Positions 23,727 through 33,202 of a stretch of DNA of 64,000 nt are shown piece after piece; position 1 is the first letter of the stretch, and each line of letters begins with the position of its first letter. A program made the position numbers and the translations under genes. This stretch comes from an uncultured Verrucomicrobiae bacterium (GTDB lineage: Bacteria > Verrucomicrobiota > Verrucomicrobiia > Palsa-1439): contig CAWEWF010000001.1 of the NCBI GenBank assembly GCA_963812605.1, positions 627,378 through 691,377 of the forward strand. The letters run 5' to 3'. Below the pieces are notes generated by a model, which was not told where the DNA came from, ran no database searches, and worked only from the letters and a program-made list of their open reading frames with translations.

Positions 23727-24155
23727 ATGAAAAGGAGCAAATGCAGTTGTTGGTTGGGAATGAGCCTGGCGGCGGCAGCTTTGCTGCTGGTCGCGCCGGC
23801 GTGGGCTGACAATGACACAGGCGCCGCGGCCACTACACCGGCACAGTCAGGTCAGACGGACACCAGCAGCGATCAACGGGTCCGGCAAGTGAGCGGACGG
23901 ATCACGGCGATCGATGCCTCGGCGCAAACCATCACGGTGAAAGCCACATTACTCAGCAAAGTCATCAAGGTCGGTTCCGACGCGCAAATTGCGACTGAGG
24001 ACAATTCGTCGGCCGCACTGAGTGACCTCAAGGTGGGGGACCGCGTTGAGGTGAGCTATCGCGTGGACGGCGATACGTTGGCTGCGCAACGCATCACCCG
24101 CAAGAGTTCACAATCGAGTGAATCCAGTGGCAGATCTTCCCCCAGTACCTATTGA
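23727..24155 (+). CDS. secreted small OB-fold protein (DUF5666/CusF-like fold)
   Basis: Signal peptide (PAWA); SGRITAIDASAQTITVK...LSDLKVGDRVEVSY...AQRI. Confidence 0.75.
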   Translation: MKRSKCSCWLGMSLAAAALLLVAPAWADNDTGAAATTPAQSGQTDTSSDQRVRQVSGRITAIDASAQTITVKATLLSKVIKVGSDAQIATEDNSSAALSDLKVGDRVEVSYRVDGDTLAAQRITRKSSQSSESSGRSSPSTY

Positions 24156-24212
24156 GGGGAAACGGCCAGGCGGTATTCCCTGCTGGCGGATAGTGAGAGG
24201 AGATTCAACAAG

Positions 24213-24626
24213 ATGAACAGGAAGCAAGCAGCCAGAGCACTGGCAATCAGCATCGCATTCGCCCTGACCGCCGGCATCAGTCGCGGCGACGTGGACGAAC
24301 CCTCGCCGGAAAAACCGAAAGCCGAGGTTTTCGCCGGCACCATACGGGCGGTTGACGCGGAAAAGCGTATTATAACAGTCGAAGCGACTCCCTTAAATAA
24401 GACTTTCGGCATCGCCTCGGACTGTGAAGTCACAACGAAAGACAAACCCAAAGCTTCCCTGGAAGACCTGAAAGTCGGGGATGTCGTGCACGTCACCTAC
24501 GAGGCGGCCAATGACATGCTCGTTGCCCACCGCATCGAGCAACAGGGGCCTCCGCAAGAGACGGACCGGGCAACTGCGTTCGTCCGCTATCATCTGCGGT
24601 ACGTGCTCTTCGAAAAAGTACAATGA
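24213..24626 (+). CDS. secreted small OB-fold protein (DUF5666/CusF-like fold)
   Basis: Signal peptide; AGTIRAVDAEKRIITV...LEDLKVGDVVHVTY...AHRI; RBS GAGGAG. Confidence 0.75.
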   Translation: MNRKQAARALAISIAFALTAGISRGDVDEPSPEKPKAEVFAGTIRAVDAEKRIITVEATPLNKTFGIASDCEVTTKDKPKASLEDLKVGDVVHVTYEAANDMLVAHRIEQQGPPQETDRATAFVRYHLRYVLFEKVQ

Positions 24627-24645
24627 CCAGACGACGAAGCTCCGG

Positions 24646-25347
24646 TCATCTGATCGAGGTCGTGGCTGCCCAATGTACGGCATGGCGGACCAGTTCGGCG
24701 GCGTTTTTGAGGCCGAGTTTTCCCCGGATATTCTGCTGATAGCAGGAAACGGTTTTCTTGCTGAGATGCAGTAGTTCGGCGATTTCGCTGGTGCCGTGAC
24801 CTTCACTTACCAGCTCGAATACCTCGAGTTCACGATCGCTCAATGATTCGATCAGCGGTCGTTTGGCCGGTTCGCCGTGTTTGGCGAATGAACCCATGAC
24901 GCGCGTGGTCATTTGCTCGCTCAGGTGGATTCCGCCGTCCAGTATTTTGCGCAGGGCTTCGATGACCATTTTCATCGACTCCTGTTTCATGACGTAGCCG
25001 CGGGCGCCGGCGTGAAGCACGCGCTCGGCATAAAGCGTCTCGTCATGCATGGAAAGCGCCAGGACGGGTATTTTTCCGGAATAACGGGCGCGGATATCCT
25101 TGATCAACTCCATGCCGTTGCTGTTGTGCAGGCTGATATCGACCAGCACGGCGGCGGGTTGCAGGCGCGCGATTTCGGCCATGGCCTTCGGCGCGCTCTC
25201 GGCTTCTCCGCAGACCATCAGATCCTCGGTCTGGTTGATGGCGCTGCTCAGGCCTTCACGGATGGCGGGATGATCGTCCACCAGTAAAATTGCACTGCGT
25301 TTTGTTACAGGCTTTTTCTGTGGCTTGGACTCTTGTTTCTTTTTCAT
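24646..25347 (-). CDS. NarL/FixJ-family response regulator (REC + LuxR HTH)
   Basis: LLVDDHP, VDISL, ALSMHDE, GYVMK, LSDRELEVF...EIAELLHLSKKTV. Confidence 0.94.
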   Translation of the reverse strand: MKKKQESKPQKKPVTKRSAILLVDDHPAIREGLSSAINQTEDLMVCGEAESAPKAMAEIARLQPAAVLVDISLHNSNGMELIKDIRARYSGKIPVLALSMHDETLYAERVLHAGARGYVMKQESMKMVIEALRKILDGGIHLSEQMTTRVMGSFAKHGEPAKRPLIESLSDRELEVFELVSEGHGTSEIAELLHLSKKTVSCYQQNIRGKLGLKNAAELVRHAVHWAATTSIR

Positions 25348-25430
25348 GTAAGCCTTCAACGCAAGCTTATCATTCCCTCGCAGTTCCCACAATAGCCGAT
25401 CCTGGTTATCGCATAAAGCAAAAACTGACC

Positions 25431-25528
25431 TAGGAACTGTTCCTAGGTCACCACCCGCACAAAAGTTATCGCTATTGCGCCGGCGCGGAGCGAAGCTTTC
25501 ACGGATTCCTTCCTAGGCCACAATCGTG
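25431..25528. promoter_or_regulatory. perfect TAGGA ACTGT TCCTA (25431) and ACGGA TTCCT TCCTA (25501)
   Basis: Lies between the divergent response regulator and ACT genes. The first site extends to the palindrome TGACCTAGGAAC-T-GTTCCTAGGTCA. Confidence 0.72.
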
Positions 25529-25613
25529 TGGTCGTCCGATTGCGGAACCTTGGCGGGCTGTGTTACATGGTCTGTAGATTTTGAATAATTGAACAGTTAC
25601 CAGAGAGGATGCC

Positions 25614-26105
25614 ATGGCTATTACACGTCGAGAGATTGAACTGACAGTCCGAATTGGCCACGAACCGACCGAGATGAGCGCCGTGGGAATCATCGCCTGG
25701 CACCCCGATATCGAAGTGATGGCGATGCGTTCGTACTGTGACCATGACGGAGTCGTACTGCTTTTGGTAACCACGAACCCACGCAAGGCATCTCACGTCC
25801 TGGAAGCGTCCGGATTTCGTTGCAAGAGCAATCCGGTTCTATTGGTCGGTCCGCTTCACCGGCCCGTATTGGCGGCTGTGATCGGGGCCGAATTAGCCGG
25901 CTTGGGGATCGAGGTCCTGTACTCCTACGCTTCGCACATCGGGAATGACCGCCAATACCTGGTTTTCAAAACCACAGCCGATGACCGGGCGATGGAGGCT
26001 TTGACGATCAGCGCCAGCATTCGTGATGTGACGCCGGCGAAATCATGGCAGGACCAGAGCGCGGTTTCCGAGGCCGGATCCAACTGGCAACAGGCAGCGG
26101 CTTGA
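25614..26105 (+). CDS. tandem ACT-domain protein
   Basis: REIELTVRI, LLLVTTNPRKASHVLEASGF, ELAGLGIEVLYSYAS, YLVFKTTADDRA; RBS GAGGA. Confidence 0.7.
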   Translation: MAITRREIELTVRIGHEPTEMSAVGIIAWHPDIEVMAMRSYCDHDGVVLLLVTTNPRKASHVLEASGFRCKSNPVLLVGPLHRPVLAAVIGAELAGLGIEVLYSYASHIGNDRQYLVFKTTADDRAMEALTISASIRDVTPAKSWQDQSAVSEAGSNWQQAAA

Positions 26106-26318
26106 CATTCCTTCGCCGATAAACGGCGGGTAACAGGAAAGACTGCGCTCGCAGGGCGGGCGCGGGGAGGTTGTGTTTTGCTGGCAAACGTAAATCGGAT
26201 ATCTCGGCTCCCCGGACCACCTGCCGTCCGCATGTCTTTTGATTTGTATAAAGCGCTCCCGCGCCCTATGTTTACTCCGAAAGAAGGCGCAGGCGTGGCA
26301 AAGAATTCTAGACGGAAC

Positions 26319-29300
26319 ATGGGAAAAGCATTTCCGATTGTCGGTATCGGCGCATCGGCAGGGGGGCTGGAAGCGTTTCGCCAGATGCTGGAGAAACTGC
26401 CGGTGGATACCGGCATGGGCTTCGTATTGGTGCAGCACCTTGACCCGACCCACCAAAGCCAGCTCACGGAACTGTTATCGCGCGCGACCAGGTTGCCGGT
26501 GATCGAAGCGCGGAATCATATGGTGGTGAAGCCCAACCATATCTATGTCATCCCGCCCAACACGAGCATGGGCATCATCGGCCACACGCTGAAAGTCACT
26601 CCCCGCGCCCCGGGGCGGAGCCACAACCTGCCCATCGACGCTTTCTTGGAATCATTGGCGAAGCAATGCGGCCGGCGCGCCATCGGCGTGATCCTGTCCG
26701 GCACAGCCACCGACGGGGCCGAGGGAATGAAGGCGATCCGGGCCGAAGGCGGCATCACGTTTGCGCAGGATGAGAAGTCGGCGAAGTATGACGGCATGCC
26801 GCGCGCTGCGGCGGCGACCGGTTGCGTGGATTTCGTGGCGTCGCCCGGTGCGATCGCGAAGGAATTGGCGCAAATCAGCCGCCATCCCTACGTCAACCAC
26901 GCCCGTCCCGAAAAAACGGTTGAGGCGCCGCAGGAGCCGGGGGAAGATTTGGAACAGATTTTCCGGTTGCTGCGGTCGGCCACGGGAGTGGACTTCACCC
27001 ATTACAAGCCGAACACGATTCGGCGACGCATCCAGCGGCGCATGGCTGTGCGCCGCCTGCACGACCTGAAGCAATATACGCGCTACCTGAAGGACCACCC
27101 GGACGAAGCGGAGGTCCTGTACGAGGATTTGCTCATCAGCGTCACGAGCTTCTTTCGCGATGCCGGTTCCTTCGGCGCGTTGAAGAAGAAGGTCTTTCCG
27201 AGAATCGTCAATGGACTGCGCAGCGACAGCGCGATCCGCGTCTGGGTGCCGGGCTGCGCGACCGGTGAGGAAGTGTATTCGTTGGCGATCCTGTTATTGG
27301 AATATCTCGGAGAGAGGGCCGGCCATGTGCCGATCCAGTTTTTTGCCACGGATATCAGTGAACGGGCGCTGGCCAAGGCGCGTTTGGGCCTGTTTCAGGG
27401 GAACATCGCGGCGGATGTGTCGCCGGCGCGGTTGCGCCGTTTCTTCACCAAAGTGACGGGCGGATACCAGGTCAATAAAGCCGTTCGGGAACTGTGTATT
27501 TTCGCCAAACAAAACGTCGCCAAGGACCCGCCTTTTTCGAGTCTCGACCTGATCAGTTGCCGCAATGTCCTGATTTATCTCAATCCCGTGCTGCAAAAGC
27601 GGGTCATGCCGATCTTTCACTATGCGCTGAAACCGAACGGGTTCCTGCTCCTGGGCGGGTCGGAGACGACCAGCGGATTCGAGAACCTCTTTGGGCCTTT
27701 CGACCGAAAACACCGGATCTACGCGAAACAGGCCGCGGCGGCGCGGCCAGTGGTTGACTTTTCAGTCAGCGATTATCCCGCCGGCGAGCCGGAAGCGCCG
27801 CGCCAATCAGTCGTGCCGGAACGACCGGCGTTTGACATCCAACGGGAGGCGGATCGGATGTTATTGGGACGCTTCGCGCCCGCCTCGGTGCTGATCAACG
27901 AACACATGGAGATTTTGCAGTTTCGCGGGCACACCGGTCCGTATTTGGAGGCGGCTTCCGGCTCGGCCAGCCTCAACCTGCTCAAGATGGCGCGGGAGGG
28001 ATTGTTGATGGAATTGCGCTCGGCCATCCACAAGGCCCGGAAAAAGGGCGTGCCGATTCGTCACGAGGGGCTGCGCATCAAATCGAACGGCGAGACCCGC
28101 TCGGTCAACCTCGAGGTGGTGCCGATTAAGTCCGGCATGCGGGAGCGCCACTTTCTCGTGCTGTTCCAGGAAACAGACCAGCCCGCGCCGAGCGAGGCGG
28201 TGGTCACCAAGGTGCGCCCGATCAAGACCCGAAACCTGGAGAAGACAACGGCGCGGCTCGAGCAGGAGTTGACCGCCACCAAGGATTACATGCAATCGGT
28301 GGTCGAGGATTTGGAAGACGCCAATGAGGAACTCAAGGCCGCGAACGAAGAAATCCAGTCGAGCAACGAGGAACTGCAGTCCACCAACGAGGAATTGGAA
28401 ACCGCCAAGGAAGAGTTGCAGTCCACCAACGAAGAGCTGACCACGGTCAACGAGGAATTGCAAAACCGCAACGTCGAGTTGGGCCAACTCAACAACGACC
28501 TGGTCAACGTGCTGGTCAGCGTCAACCTGCCGATTCTCATCCTCGGCCCGGACCTGCGGGTGCGGCGGATGACGCCGGCCGCGGAGAAAGTGTTGCACTT
28601 GCAGCCCGGGGATATCGGCCGGTTGGTGACGGATTTGCGGCTGCCCATGGATGTGCCGGACCTGGAGGAAATGATTGCCGATTCGATGGACTCGCTCAGC
28701 GTCAAAGCCCGCGAGGTGCGGACCCGCGATGGCCACTGGTATCTGCTGCGCATTCGTCCCTACCGGACGACTGACAACAAGATTGATGGCGCGGTGATCA
28801 AATTGCTGGATATCGACGAGCTCAAGCGCACGCTCCAGGAAACGGAGAATGCTCGTGATTTCGCGCAGGCCATCGTGGAAACCGTGCGCGAACCGTTGCT
28901 GGTGCTGAACCGCCAATTGCGCGTCCAGACGGCGAACCGGACGTTTCAGCGGGTCTTTCACGTCACGAAAGAGGAAACCGAGGGAAAATTCATTTACCAT
29001 CTTGGCGACAAACAATGGAACATCCCGGCCTTGCGCGAACTGCTGGAAAACATCCTTCCCCGGAACTCGCAATTCACGGATTTCGAGGTGGACCACGTGT
29101 TCCCGAAGATTGGGCGGCGGATTATGGTGTTGAACGCGCGGCGACTGCAACGGGACGGGAGTGACGCGCACATGATTTTGCTGGCGATCGAAGACGTCAC
29201 GGAACGCAAAAAACTGGAGAAGGCGGTGCTGGACATCAGTGAAGCGGAACAACAGCGCATCGGGCGCGATCTGCACGACGGCCTGGGACAGCATCTCACG

Positions 29301-29924
29301 GGCATCGGCTTCATGAGCGAATCCCTGGAAGATCGCCTCGCAGCCAAAGCGTTGCCCGAAGCGACGGCGCTGGCGGCAAAGGTCACCAAGCGCATCAAGG
29401 AAGCCGTCACACAAACGCGGGACCTGGCCAAAGGGCTGTTCCCCGTTGAATTGAAGACCCACGGCATCGCACCCGCTTTACAGAAGCTGGCGATCAATAC
29501 CGAAAAATTGTTCCGGATTACCTGTTCATTCAAGGGTGAAGCGTCCCTGCGGATTCGCAACGAGAGCGTGTCGCGCCATCTCTACCGGATTGCCCAGGAA
29601 GCCGTCTTCAACGCGGTGAAACACAGCCATGGAAAACACATCCGGATCCATCTTGACGAGGAGCGCGGTGCCATTCGGTTGACGATCGAGGACGATGGGG
29701 TCGGCATCGACACCCGCAAGGTGGGCGAGAGCGACATGGGGTTGGATATCATGCGCTACCGTGCCGGCGTGATCGACGCCAAATTGGACATTCGCCGGGG
29801 CCCGCAGGGCGGGACCACCGTGACGTGCATTGTTGAAAATGCCAATGGGAAAAAAGGGACTCATGAAAAGTTCAATCAAGCCAACAAAGGACAAAGGAAA
29901 ACAACGCGTCCTCATCGTCGATGA
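26319..29924 (+). CDS. CheB/CheR fusion with coiled coil, PAS domains and HisKA_3 histidine kinase
   Basis: CheB triad motifs GIGASAGG, VQHL, SGTATDG; CheR VWVPGCATGEE, ISCRNVLIY; NEELQSTNEEL repeats; H-box EQQRIGRDLHDGLGQ. Confidence 0.93.
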   Translation: MGKAFPIVGIGASAGGLEAFRQMLEKLPVDTGMGFVLVQHLDPTHQSQLTELLSRATRLPVIEARNHMVVKPNHIYVIPPNTSMGIIGHTLKVTPRAPGRSHNLPIDAFLESLAKQCGRRAIGVILSGTATDGAEGMKAIRAEGGITFAQDEKSAKYDGMPRAAAATGCVDFVASPGAIAKELAQISRHPYVNHARPEKTVEAPQEPGEDLEQIFRLLRSATGVDFTHYKPNTIRRRIQRRMAVRRLHDLKQYTRYLKDHPDEAEVLYEDLLISVTSFFRDAGSFGALKKKVFPRIVNGLRSDSAIRVWVPGCATGEEVYSLAILLLEYLGERAGHVPIQFFATDISERALAKARLGLFQGNIAADVSPARLRRFFTKVTGGYQVNKAVRELCIFAKQNVAKDPPFSSLDLISCRNVLIYLNPVLQKRVMPIFHYALKPNGFLLLGGSETTSGFENLFGPFDRKHRIYAKQAAAARPVVDFSVSDYPAGEPEAPRQSVVPERPAFDIQREADRMLLGRFAPASVLINEHMEILQFRGHTGPYLEAASGSASLNLLKMAREGLLMELRSAIHKARKKGVPIRHEGLRIKSNGETRSVNLEVVPIKSGMRERHFLVLFQETDQPAPSEAVVTKVRPIKTRNLEKTTARLEQELTATKDYMQSVVEDLEDANEELKAANEEIQSSNEELQSTNEELETAKEELQSTNEELTTVNEELQNRNVELGQLNNDLVNVLVSVNLPILILGPDLRVRRMTPAAEKVLHLQPGDIGRLVTDLRLPMDVPDLEEMIADSMDSLSVKAREVRTRDGHWYLLRIRPYRTTDNKIDGAVIKLLDIDELKRTLQETENARDFAQAIVETVREPLLVLNRQLRVQTANRTFQRVFHVTKEETEGKFIYHLGDKQWNIPALRELLENILPRNSQFTDFEVDHVFPKIGRRIMVLNARRLQRDGSDAHMILLAIEDVTERKKLEKAVLDISEAEQQRIGRDLHDGLGQHLTGIGFMSESLEDRLAAKALPEATALAAKVTKRIKEAVTQTRDLAKGLFPVELKTHGIAPALQKLAINTEKLFRITCSFKGEASLRIRNESVSRHLYRIAQEAVFNAVKHSHGKHIRIHLDEERGAIRLTIEDDGVGIDTRKVGESDMGLDIMRYRAGVIDAKLDIRRGPQGGTTVTCIVENANGKKGTHEKFNQANKGQRKTTRPHRR

Positions 29925-30552
29925 CCACGCGGTGCTGCGCGAAGGACTGGCGCTGGTGATCAATGCCCAGCCCGACCTGCAGGTATGTGGGGAAGCCGCC
30001 ACCGTGAGCGGCGGGTTGCAAGCCGTGGCCACAGCGCGGCCGGACATTGCGCTCATCGATCTTTCGTTGATGGGCGGCAGCGGGCTGGAGCTGGTCAAGG
30101 ACCTGAAGGCGCAACATCCCAACCTGCCCACGCTGGTGCTGTCGCTGCACGACGAGGCGCTCTACGCGGAACGCGTGCTGCGCGCTGGGGCCCGAGGGTA
30201 CATCATGAAGCGGGCGGCGACGACCGACCTGCTGCTGGCAATCCGCAAGATCCTGGATGGCGAGATTTATCTGAGCGAAACGATGGGGTCGGTGGTTGTC
30301 CGCCAGGCGCTCGGGGATCGGGAATCTCCAACCGGTGGCGGTCCGCTGGAACAGCTCAGCGATCGGGAACTGGAAGTGTTCCAACTTCTCGGGGAGGGGC
30401 ACAGTACGCGCGAGATTGCCGGGCAACTCAAGTTGAGCATAAAAACCATTTCGTGTTACCGGCAGAATATCCAGACCAAGCTGGAACTAAAAGATGCCGC
30501 GGCGCTGGTGCAGCGCGCCGTCCACTGGGCCGCGACCCTGCGGGCCGACTGA
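29863..30552 (+). CDS. NarL/FixJ-family response regulator
   Basis: LIVDDH, IDLSL, LSLHDE, LSDRELEVFQLL...SIKTISCYRQNI; overlaps the kinase 3' end. Confidence 0.94.
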   Translation: MKSSIKPTKDKGKQRVLIVDDHAVLREGLALVINAQPDLQVCGEAATVSGGLQAVATARPDIALIDLSLMGGSGLELVKDLKAQHPNLPTLVLSLHDEALYAERVLRAGARGYIMKRAATTDLLLAIRKILDGEIYLSETMGSVVVRQALGDRESPTGGGPLEQLSDRELEVFQLLGEGHSTREIAGQLKLSIKTISCYRQNIQTKLELKDAAALVQRAVHWAATLRAD

Positions 30553-30563
30553 GCTTTGCGCAG

Positions 30564-30643
30564 CGGCAGTGGGGCCTAGGTTTTTCTCTCAGGGTGAATT
30601 AGGAATTCTTACCCATTGAAGTTCCCCGTTTGCGCCATATATT
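30564..30643 (+). promoter_or_regulatory. degenerate motif copies (TAGGT at 30577, TAGGA at 30600) plus sigma70-like TTGAAG-16-TATATT
   Basis: Upstream of the OB-fold gene at 30668; -35 at 30616, -10 at 30638. Confidence 0.5.
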
Positions 30644-30667
30644 TTTCCTCGGAGAGAGGAGTGTATC

Positions 30668-31144
30668 ATGAAAAGATTTTTAGGAACCGCGGCAGCTCTG
30701 GCCGGGATGATGACCGCTGTGATTTGTAGGGCAAGCGGCCCGCTTGCCGTCGTTCATCGACGTGGCAGGCGGGGCCGCCTGCCCTACAATGCAGAAGCGT
30801 CTCGGCTTAAACTGATACACTACCTTCTGGCCGGGATGATAGCCGCCGGCGTGATTTTCAGCGCCTCCGGACAGGATCCAGCGCCGTCAGGGAAACTTTT
30901 CATTTTTAGCGGCGTCCTGCGCTCCATGGATAAGCAGGCCCGGACCGTTACCGTGGAGGCTTCGGCTTCCGCCGTCAGCCAGAAGTTTATTGTTCCAACC
31001 GATGCCGAGATTATCGTGAAGGACAAACCGAAGGGCGAACTCTCGGACCTAATGATTGGCGACGGAGTCCAGGTAAAATACACGGAAGACGACGGCGCTC
31101 CTGTGGCGCATCAGATCTCGATTCTCGGGCTGAAGAACCCGTAA
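30668..31144 (+). CDS. secreted/membrane small OB-fold protein (DUF5666/CusF-like fold)
   Basis: SGVLRSMDKQARTVTV...LSDLMIGDGVQVKY...AHQI; strong RBS GAGGAG. Confidence 0.72.
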   Translation: MKRFLGTAAALAGMMTAVICRASGPLAVVHRRGRRGRLPYNAEASRLKLIHYLLAGMIAAGVIFSASGQDPAPSGKLFIFSGVLRSMDKQARTVTVEASASAVSQKFIVPTDAEIIVKDKPKGELSDLMIGDGVQVKYTEDDGAPVAHQISILGLKNP

Positions 31145-31158
31145 TCGCTTGCGCGTGG

Positions 31159-31650
31159 TTACGCTGCCTCTTTGGCCGTACCCGCCTCCGCCAGTTCCTT
31201 CGTAGCCGATTCCCGCCAACTCCTGGCGGCCGCTAGGTCATGGATCAGGGCTTCCACTTCCAGGATATAGATGGCGCGGTTGTCATCGGTGGTCTTGAAA
31301 ACCACATAACTCAACTCGCGGTCGGAACGGAACGAGTAGCTATAAAGAATATTGATGCCCGCCTTGGCCAGTTTGTCATTGAGGAACTCGGGTAGCCCGG
31401 GTTTATCAGGTGTTTCCACCAGCACGACGGGATTGGACCGGCAGGAAAACCCCGCGGCTTGGAGGGCGCGCGTCGTGCGAAAGGCATCCTCGGTGACGAG
31501 TTTCACCACGGCATCCCCGCCGTCCCAATAAGAACTGGCGGCCAGGACCTCGGCCCCGCAGGAAACGGTGATGGCGATCAGTTTGCTCAGGAGTGACGGT
31601 TGGCTGGTTGTACGGACCGTGATTTCGATTTGTCGAGTGGCGCCGATCAT
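31159..31650 (-). CDS. tandem ACT-domain protein
   Basis: RQIEITVRT, KLVTED..RALQAAGF, DKPG...KLAKAGINILYSYS, YVVFKTTDDNRA; RBS AAGGAG. Confidence 0.78.
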   Translation of the reverse strand: MIGATRQIEITVRTTSQPSLLSKLIAITVSCGAEVLAASSYWDGGDAVVKLVTEDAFRTTRALQAAGFSCRSNPVVLVETPDKPGLPEFLNDKLAKAGINILYSYSFRSDRELSYVVFKTTDDNRAIYILEVEALIHDLAAARSWRESATKELAEAGTAKEAA

Positions 31651-31741
31651 GACAACTCCTTTTGTTATTGGCTATTCAATCACCTCAACGATCTGCGGGC
31701 AGTTTACGGCAAGGCGAGGGTCCGATGCAATCAGGTGACAG

Positions 31742-31826
31742 GCTGGTATTCAGGTAAGAAAACCACCCATTCTTCGGCTAGGAGTTTTCGGTAGCGACAG
31801 TGCGGGAAACATAGGATATCGTCCGA
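31742..31826 (+). promoter_or_regulatory. three motif copies (GCTGG..TAAGA AAACC ACCCA; TAGGA GTTTT CGGTA; TAGGA TATCG TCCGA)
   Basis: At 31742-31769, 31779-31793 and 31812-31826, between the divergent ACT and DUF2934 genes. Confidence 0.6.
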
Positions 31827-31912
31827 TGCAAGATTCGGGTCTTGCCCGACTGGTAACCGAAAGAGGTGTCCGCTATTCTTGCCGATGTTTGGAGATTGGA
31901 GGGAGAGTTATT

Positions 31913-32176
31913 ATGACGACAATCAACCGCCCGAGCGAAGAGCAGGTGCGAGTGCGCGCCTACCAAATCTACCTGGAACGCGGTGGCCAACACGGACATG
32001 ACGCCGACGATTGGCTGCAAGCCGAGTACGAGTTGATGCAATTGCCCATCCAGAAGATTGCCAAACTCAATACAGCCCGGCCAAAAGGAAAAGACAACCG
32101 GAAGCTGGCGCTTGTCAACCTGGTCCAAGCGGCCCTGCTCCTGGGCGCCGAAGCTCTCCCGCATTTCAAGGCATGA
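31913..32176 (+). CDS. DUF2934 domain protein
   Basis: EQVRVRAYQIYLERGGQHGHDADDWLQAEYEL signature. Confidence 0.88.
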   Translation: MTTINRPSEEQVRVRAYQIYLERGGQHGHDADDWLQAEYELMQLPIQKIAKLNTARPKGKDNRKLALVNLVQAALLLGAEALPHFKA

Positions 32177-32216
32177 GTTTGGGCGCTTTTCTGCTGACGG
32201 AAAGCCACCGCCGCGG

Positions 32217-32441
32217 TTAGACCCGCTTGGCTGATGTGACCAACAGCAGGACCCCGCCGATCACACAGACCGCGCCCACCACCGGTGGAAAATAGGCTTT
32301 GTGGGTCTTGTCCGCAGTGACCTGAATCGGGCCGGCGTCGATGACTTTGTCGCGGGTGCGATAAGTAACGACTCCCGCGTATGAAAATAGCAGGATGCCG
32401 ATGACGAGTAGAAGAATACCGAGGCTGCGTGATTGATTCAT
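32217..32441 (-). CDS. DUF3185-like small membrane protein
   Basis: TM - VTYRTRDKVIDAGPIQVTAD - FPPVVGAVCVIGG TM. Confidence 0.75.
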   Translation of the reverse strand: MNQSRSLGILLLVIGILLFSYAGVVTYRTRDKVIDAGPIQVTADKTHKAYFPPVVGAVCVIGGVLLLVTSAKRV

Positions 32442-32562
32442 GATTGGATCTCCCTTTTGAGTTTGCCTGCATTTGCCAACCCTACGGTCATTTGCTCTTG
32501 CACCTCTATTTATCTTTCACGTGGAGCTTATCACCGCTGGAACGCCTAACAATCGGGTGAAG

Positions 32563-32665
32563 GCTGGGCTTCTTCTAGGAGGTTCCCCTAAGAGGCTTAT
32601 GACATCGCCCTAGAGTAATACCGGTGTTCCCCCCAATTGTCATACAGCCGGGTGAGGTCTATCCT
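32563..32665. promoter_or_regulatory. composite site GCTGG GCTTC TTCTA GGA GGTTC CCCTA, second copy TATGA CATCG CCCTA, sigma70-like TTGTCA-17-TATCCT
   Basis: Sites at 32563-32590 and 32598-32612; -35 at 32637, -10 at 32660, upstream of csbD. Confidence 0.68.
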
Positions 32666-32690
32666 GAAACACAACAAAGGAGACCACGTC

Positions 32691-32909
32691 ATGAACGAAG
32701 ATCAAATCAAGGGAAACTGGAAGCAGTTCAAGGGCAAGGTGAAGGAAAAGTGGGGCAAGCTGACCGACGACGATCTCGAGGTCATCGAGGGTCGGGCGGA
32801 CCAGTTGGTCGGCAAACTGCAGGAGCGCTATGGAATTGCCAGGCAAGAGGCGGAAAAGCAATACCGGGAATTCATTGCTTCCTGCGACGAACACCGTAAG
32901 GCAGCGTAA
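32691..32909 (+). CDS. csbD: CsbD/YjbJ family general stress protein
   Basis: MNEDQIKGNWKQFKGKVKEKWGKLTDDDL...LVGKLQERYG; RBS AAGGAG. Confidence 0.93.
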   Translation: MNEDQIKGNWKQFKGKVKEKWGKLTDDDLEVIEGRADQLVGKLQERYGIARQEAEKQYREFIASCDEHRKAA

Positions 32910-32936
32910 CGAGGCGGGGAATTGGGAGAAATATTT

Positions 32937-33089
32937 ATGAGAACCATACTCTTGGTAATCCTCGTATTGTTGTTGATTGGCGCGTTACCCACGTGGCCGT
33001 ACAGCAGCGGCTGGGGCTATTATCCATCTGGTGGCCTCGGATTGCTGCTGGTGATATTGCTGGTACTGGCCGTGGCCGGAGCCGTTTGA
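32937..33089 (+). CDS. DUF3309 family small membrane protein (50 aa, absent from ORF track)
   Basis: Translated by hand: MRTILLVILVLLLIGALPTWPYSSGWGYYPSGGLGLLLVILLVLAVAGAV; RBS GGGAG. Confidence 0.9.
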   Translation: MRTILLVILVLLLIGALPTWPYSSGWGYYPSGGLGLLLVILLVLAVAGAV

Positions 33090-33113
33090 CCATTGTCCTG
33101 GGGCGCAAAATAC

Positions 33114-33159
33114 CGCACCATCCGCCGTGGTTTTGCGACGGGTGGTGCGAAGTTGTTTT
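33114..33159. terminator. hairpin between convergent genes (probable intrinsic terminator)
   Basis: CGCACCATCCG...CGGGTGGTGCG stem, flanked by AAAA and TTGTTTT. Confidence 0.55.
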
Positions 33160-33202
33160 ATGGCCCAGTTACGCGTGGGAATAATGAATTTGGCTGGATG
33201 CG

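Noticed and set aside
28320-28470. Tandem DNA repeats CAGTCCACCAACGA
   Set aside because: They simply encode the NEELQST heptads of the CheB/CheR protein.
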